Part shown: in pieces, positions 60,319 to 64,000 of the stretch
Layout of the letters: each line of letters opens with the position of its first letter
Numbering within the stretch: the first letter of the stretch is position 1
Origin: an uncultured Ignavibacteria bacterium
GTDB taxonomy: Bacteria; Zixibacteria; MSB-5A5; SM1-73
Direction: 5' to 3'
Length of the DNA: 64,000 nucleotides
NCBI GenBank assembly: GCA_964580215.1
Contig: CAZOJT010000011.1
Coordinates: 5,884 to 69,883, forward strand
Program-made: the position numbers and the translations under genes
Notes under the pieces: generated by a model
Database searches by the model: none
What the model was told of the DNA's origin: nothing
The model's input: the letters and a program-made list of their open reading frames with translations, nothing else

Positions 60319-61716
60319 TTACATTTTTCTCTTCCATTTTGTCCCTTCGGCGGTATCCTCCAGGACGATCCCTTTTCCCTCCAACTCTTTTCTTATCTGG
60401 TCTGCCAGCTTGAAGTTCTTTTTATCTCGGGCTTTGACCCTTTTCTCAATCAACGCCTTTACCTCTTCATCTAAGATCAGCTCCTCTCTTTTCAGCAGTC
60501 CCAAATTTGAGTCAAAGCCATTCAGCACTTCCAGGACCTTACTGGCATCCGATTTGGAGATTTTCTTTTCTTCCATCAATTTATTCACATCTTTGACCAG
60601 AGTGAAGGCCACACCTAAAGCTTCAGAGGTGTTCAAATCGTCGTCTAATGCCTCTTCGAAATCCTTTTTTGCCTTTTGTAGAATCTCTTCTATTTCCGGA
60701 TTGCCTTTTTCACCTTTGACCAGCTTCAGATTGTCCACAAAATCGTAAAGCCTTTGCAGAGCGAACTTCGCCGCCTCCAGTCCATCCAAGGTGAAATTCA
60801 ACTGCTGTCGATAGTGGGTAGCCATAAGCAGATACCTGATGGCGATGGGATTATATCCCTTGTTCAAAAGGTCCCGCAGGGTGTAATAGTTGCCAAACGA
60901 TTTTGCCATCTTTTTTCCCTCCACCATCAAGAATTCATTGTGCAACCAAAAGTTGACAAACCTCTCTCCGGTGGCGGCTTCGGATTGAGCGATCTCATTT
61001 TCATGATGGGGAAAGATCAAATCCACTCCTCCGGTGTGGATGTCAAAATGCTTGCCCAGATATTTCATGCTCATGGCAGAGCACTCGATGTGCCATCCGG
61101 GCCGACCCTTTCCCACCTCGGTCTCCCAGAAAACCTCGCCATCCTTTTCCTCCCATCCCTTCCACAAAGCGAAATCTGCCACCTGTTCCTTTTCGTATTC
61201 ATCAGATACCACTCTGGCGCCAGCCTTTAACCCGGACATGTCCATGTGAGACAACTTTCCGTATGCGGGGAAGGTAGCTATTCTGAAGTAAGTCGAACCT
61301 TCGTTCTCATATGCATGTCCCTTATCCAGCAGATTCTTGACCAAAGCCTCCATGTCCTTTATATGAGCGGTCGCCTCCGGGTAAATGTCGGCTGGGTGAA
61401 TGTTTAGGCTTTTCACGTCCTCAAAGAATGCCTCCTTATACCTTTTGGTATATTCACCTAACGAAATCCCCTCCTTCTGTGATCCACCAATGGTCTTATC
61501 GTCGATGTCGGTTATGTTCATTACATAGGTGACCTTATAACCTTTATACTCCAGATAGCGATGCAGTATGTCTCCGAAAACATAAGCTCGGAAATTTCCA
61601 ATGTGGGCAAAGTCATATATTGTGGGGCCGCAGGTATACATCCTGACCTCACCCGGATGAATGGTGTAAAACTCCTCTTTTCTTCGGGTTAAAGTATTGA
61701 AAAATCTAAGCGCCAT
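60319..61716 (-). CDS. cysS: Cysteine--tRNA ligase
   Basis: CGPTIYD..HIGN, DFALWK, GRPGWHIECSAM, HHENEIAQS, KMAKS. Confidence 0.98.
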   Translation of the reverse strand: MALRFFNTLTRRKEEFYTIHPGEVRMYTCGPTIYDFAHIGNFRAYVFGDILHRYLEYKGYKVTYVMNITDIDDKTIGGSQKEGISLGEYTKRYKEAFFEDVKSLNIHPADIYPEATAHIKDMEALVKNLLDKGHAYENEGSTYFRIATFPAYGKLSHMDMSGLKAGARVVSDEYEKEQVADFALWKGWEEKDGEVFWETEVGKGRPGWHIECSAMSMKYLGKHFDIHTGGVDLIFPHHENEIAQSEAATGERFVNFWLHNEFLMVEGKKMAKSFGNYYTLRDLLNKGYNPIAIRYLLMATHYRQQLNFTLDGLEAAKFALQRLYDFVDNLKLVKGEKGNPEIEEILQKAKKDFEEALDDDLNTSEALGVAFTLVKDVNKLMEEKKISKSDASKVLEVLNGFDSNLGLLKREELILDEEVKALIEKRVKARDKKNFKLADQIRKELEGKGIVLEDTAEGTKWKRKM

Positions 61717-61856
61717 GGTGACTGTCCTCTTTTTGTTGTTTTATTCTCCAGCAAATCTATAAACTGTAGTTGCCCGATTCATCGGGCTTGAATTGCCCAA
61801 TAAATTGGGCAACTACAAAGCCATTATATTTTTCCAGCTTACAAATGTCTTATCGC

Positions 61857-62600
61857 TTAATTCTTGAAGAGACTTAACACTGTTTCTGGCAATTCTTTTA
61901 ATTCTACTATCTGTGCATCTGGAGTTATGGGAGCGGAATAATCCCTTCCCTCGTGATACGCAAGTATCCCTTTCATCCCCACCTTCTGCGCACCGCCGAC
62001 ATCCTCGATCAATCTATCCCCCACAAAGACTGCCTGCGAAGGCTTCACGTTAAGCTCACTTAAAGCCTTCAGGAAAATCTGCGGATGGGGTTTTCTGACT
62101 CCCACCTCAGAGGAGAAAAGGTGGTTGTCCAGATAGGAATATAGCCCGAATCTTTTCAGCTCACTTAAGTGAAATCTCTCCGGAAAGATGGTGTTGGAGA
62201 CAAGACCGATTTTGAAATTTCTCTCTTTGAAATATCTCAAAACGTCCTCTGCCCCATCTATTAGGGTCAATTGATCGGTTATAGGTTTATAGTATACCTC
62301 TATGAAACTGTCATATAATCCATCGGAAGTGCTCAGATTCAAAATGTTGAAAAACTCCCAGGCAACCCTCCCGACTTTAAATTCCTTAAGATTGTTCTCT
62401 ACTTCTCTTCGAGCCTTCAAGAATTCGCTATCAAGTAATTCAGAAAATTCGTCAAACTCAGGCAGATTCAAATTCTTCTGTCTCAAAAACTCATAGCCTT
62501 TTTCTGCACACACTCTCCCCAGAACATCCCAGGTGGAGTTTTCGAACTCAATAAGAGTGCTGCCCATGTCAAACAGAATAGTCTTTAGCTTTGCATTCAT
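61857..62600 (-). CDS. HAD-family hydrolase
   Basis: FDMGSTL, LVSN, RKPHP, VFVGDRLIEDVGGA. Confidence 0.9.
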   Translation of the reverse strand: MNAKLKTILFDMGSTLIEFENSTWDVLGRVCAEKGYEFLRQKNLNLPEFDEFSELLDSEFLKARREVENNLKEFKVGRVAWEFFNILNLSTSDGLYDSFIEVYYKPITDQLTLIDGAEDVLRYFKERNFKIGLVSNTIFPERFHLSELKRFGLYSYLDNHLFSSEVGVRKPHPQIFLKALSELNVKPSQAVFVGDRLIEDVGGAQKVGMKGILAYHEGRDYSAPITPDAQIVELKELPETVLSLFKN

Positions 62601-63238
62601 GCTGACACCTTATGATCTTCCACAATCGAAGACAATGTTGGGTTCAACATTTTCAACAAAGAATTACTTTACATACGGTTTTGGAACAGATTTGTTTATT
62701 CTTTTCACGATTATTGAATTCTGCATAAAGAATGGAACATTCTTCCTTCTCTCCCTGTGCCTGTCGGGTCCCCGACCCGACAGGCAGCTCCCGCCAGGTC
62801 AGGGGACCTGGCGGGCACAGAATATACTATCGTTCCATTGAAAATGCGAGAAGCAATAAATGGTGGGATTAAAGCAACATCGTTTGTTGGAGACAAGCCC
62901 TATACCAGATGGTATAGGGTAAGCTCCGACGCTACAGAGTTTTCTGAAAATGTAGTGTCGCACCTCTGCCTGCCCTGAACGTAGTTAAAGGGTGTGCGAC
63001 GTAATTCGTTCTCCAATTTCTATTTGAGAAACAGATTCAGGAATTGCCACAGCTTCAGAGGTTTTTATACAGATATTACCAAGAGCATAAAATAGTTTAC
63101 TTTGAAAGGCCCAAGTGGCCATTGCGAGGGGCGTAGCGACGTGGTTCCGCTCTATGGCGGGACTTCGCTTCGCTCGCAATGACGATTTCGTTACAATGTA
63201 AACTATAAAATGCTCCCAGTAATAAGTGATAATCTTCG

Positions 63239-64000
63239 CTATGGTTTTTTCTTTTTCAAAGCTAATTTTGCAATTCTATCCACCAGTTCCGGGAAACCGA
63301 TGCCTAAAGCTTTGGCCGCCTTGGGCACCAGGCTGGTGGCGGTCATGCCGGGAAGCGTATTCATCTCTAGGCAGTAAAATCGCCTATTCTCTCCATATCT
63401 GAAATCCACCCTGGCGTATCCTTCACATCCTAAAACCTTAAAGGCTTTCAGACCTATTGTTTGAATTTCTTTGGTCTTCTCTTGAGGAATTTCAGCCGGA
63501 CACACATAGTTGCTTTTGCCGTGAGTGTATTTGCACTCATAATCGTAGATTCCATGCTCCGGGATAATCTCCACCACTGGCAAGGGGGTATCTCCCAGTA
63601 TTCCAACCGTGAGTTCCCTTCCTGAAATATAATTTTCTATCAAAATTTGACTGGAGAATTCTAGAGCACATTCAAATGCTTTTTTCAAATCTTGCTTTTT
63701 ATTCACCACGGTAAGCCCTACGGTGGAACCCTGATCGTTGGGCTTGACCACACAGGGAAAGCCGAAGTTTTTCTCAATTCTCTCTTGGATGGATGCAACA
63801 TCGGAGAGTTCGCAACCCTCTATTAAGAACCACTCAGGAGTTAATATGCCTTCCCGTTCGAACATCTTTTTGGACATAGCTTTGTTCATAGCCAGAGCGC
63901 TGGCTAATACACCAGAGCCGGTGTAAGGTTTTGCGGTAAGGTCTAAAAGAGCTTGAATGGTTCCATCCTCCCCCTGCCCCCCATGAAGAGCCAGAAACAC
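63239..64000 (-). CDS. ddl: D-alanine--D-alanine ligase (5' end outside window)
   Basis: LHGGQGEDG, VVKPNDQGST, YDYECKY, RVDF, LEMNTLPG. Confidence 0.95.
   Translation of the reverse strand: MFLALHGGQGEDGTIQALLDLTAKPYTGSGVLASALAMNKAMSKKMFEREGILTPEWFLIEGCELSDVASIQERIEKNFGFPCVVKPNDQGSTVGLTVVNKKQDLKKAFECALEFSSQILIENYISGRELTVGILGDTPLPVVEIIPEHGIYDYECKYTHGKSNYVCPAEIPQEKTKEIQTIGLKAFKVLGCEGYARVDFRYGENRRFYCLEMNTLPGMTATSLVPKAAKALGIGFPELVDRIAKLALKKKKP

Noticed and set aside
60152-60748. 198-aa ORF overlapping cysS
   Set aside because: Shadow frame on the strand opposite cysS plus repeat DNA; no recognisable domain
216-63926. Numerous 60-180 aa ORFs antisense to or nested in the assigned genes
   Set aside because: Overlap well-supported CDSs; expected shadow ORFs
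1-64000. tRNA, rRNA, prophage or integrase genes
   Set aside because: No cloverleaf or rRNA signatures, and no phage or recombinase ORFs recognised by eye; tRNAscan-SE/Infernal would be definitive

Overview
64 kb of a bacterial chromosome, almost all genes on the - strand, roughly 40-50% GC by eye. Zixibacteria-type dockerin/cohesin domains, an FG-GAP protein with an FlgD/T9SS-like tail, and the rpsF-ssb-rpsR-rplI order suggest an FCB-related lineage such as candidate division Zixibacteria (inference). Housekeeping genes: pth, rpsF, ssb, rpsR, rplI, purM, priA, thiC, mazG, cysS, ddl. The best candidate for an uncharacterised system is at 1-11469. There, an actin-fold (ASKHA) GlmL-like ATPase with no B12 mutase in the window lies upstream of a multidomain soluble protein and a tandemly duplicated three-gene membrane module (FN3+DUF6754 / multi-TM / TM-anchored alpha-beta protein) plus a fourth membrane protein. 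An AT-rich HD-dNTPase + YwgA/Panacea-like pair interrupts this cluster. Other accessory cargo: a RAYT transposase with REP clusters, a Schlafen/AlbA_2 protein, a ~990-aa HEAT-repeat gene split by a 1-nt frameshift, a frameshifted PIN toxin-antitoxin pair, an AvaI/BsoBI-type R-M system, an orphan H-NOX, and an adjacent dockerin-peptidase/cohesin pair. Intergenic DNA is dense with REP/MITE-like hairpins, some nested inside each other. No tRNA, rRNA, CRISPR array or riboswitch could be supported. All family assignments come from motif recognition, not database searches.
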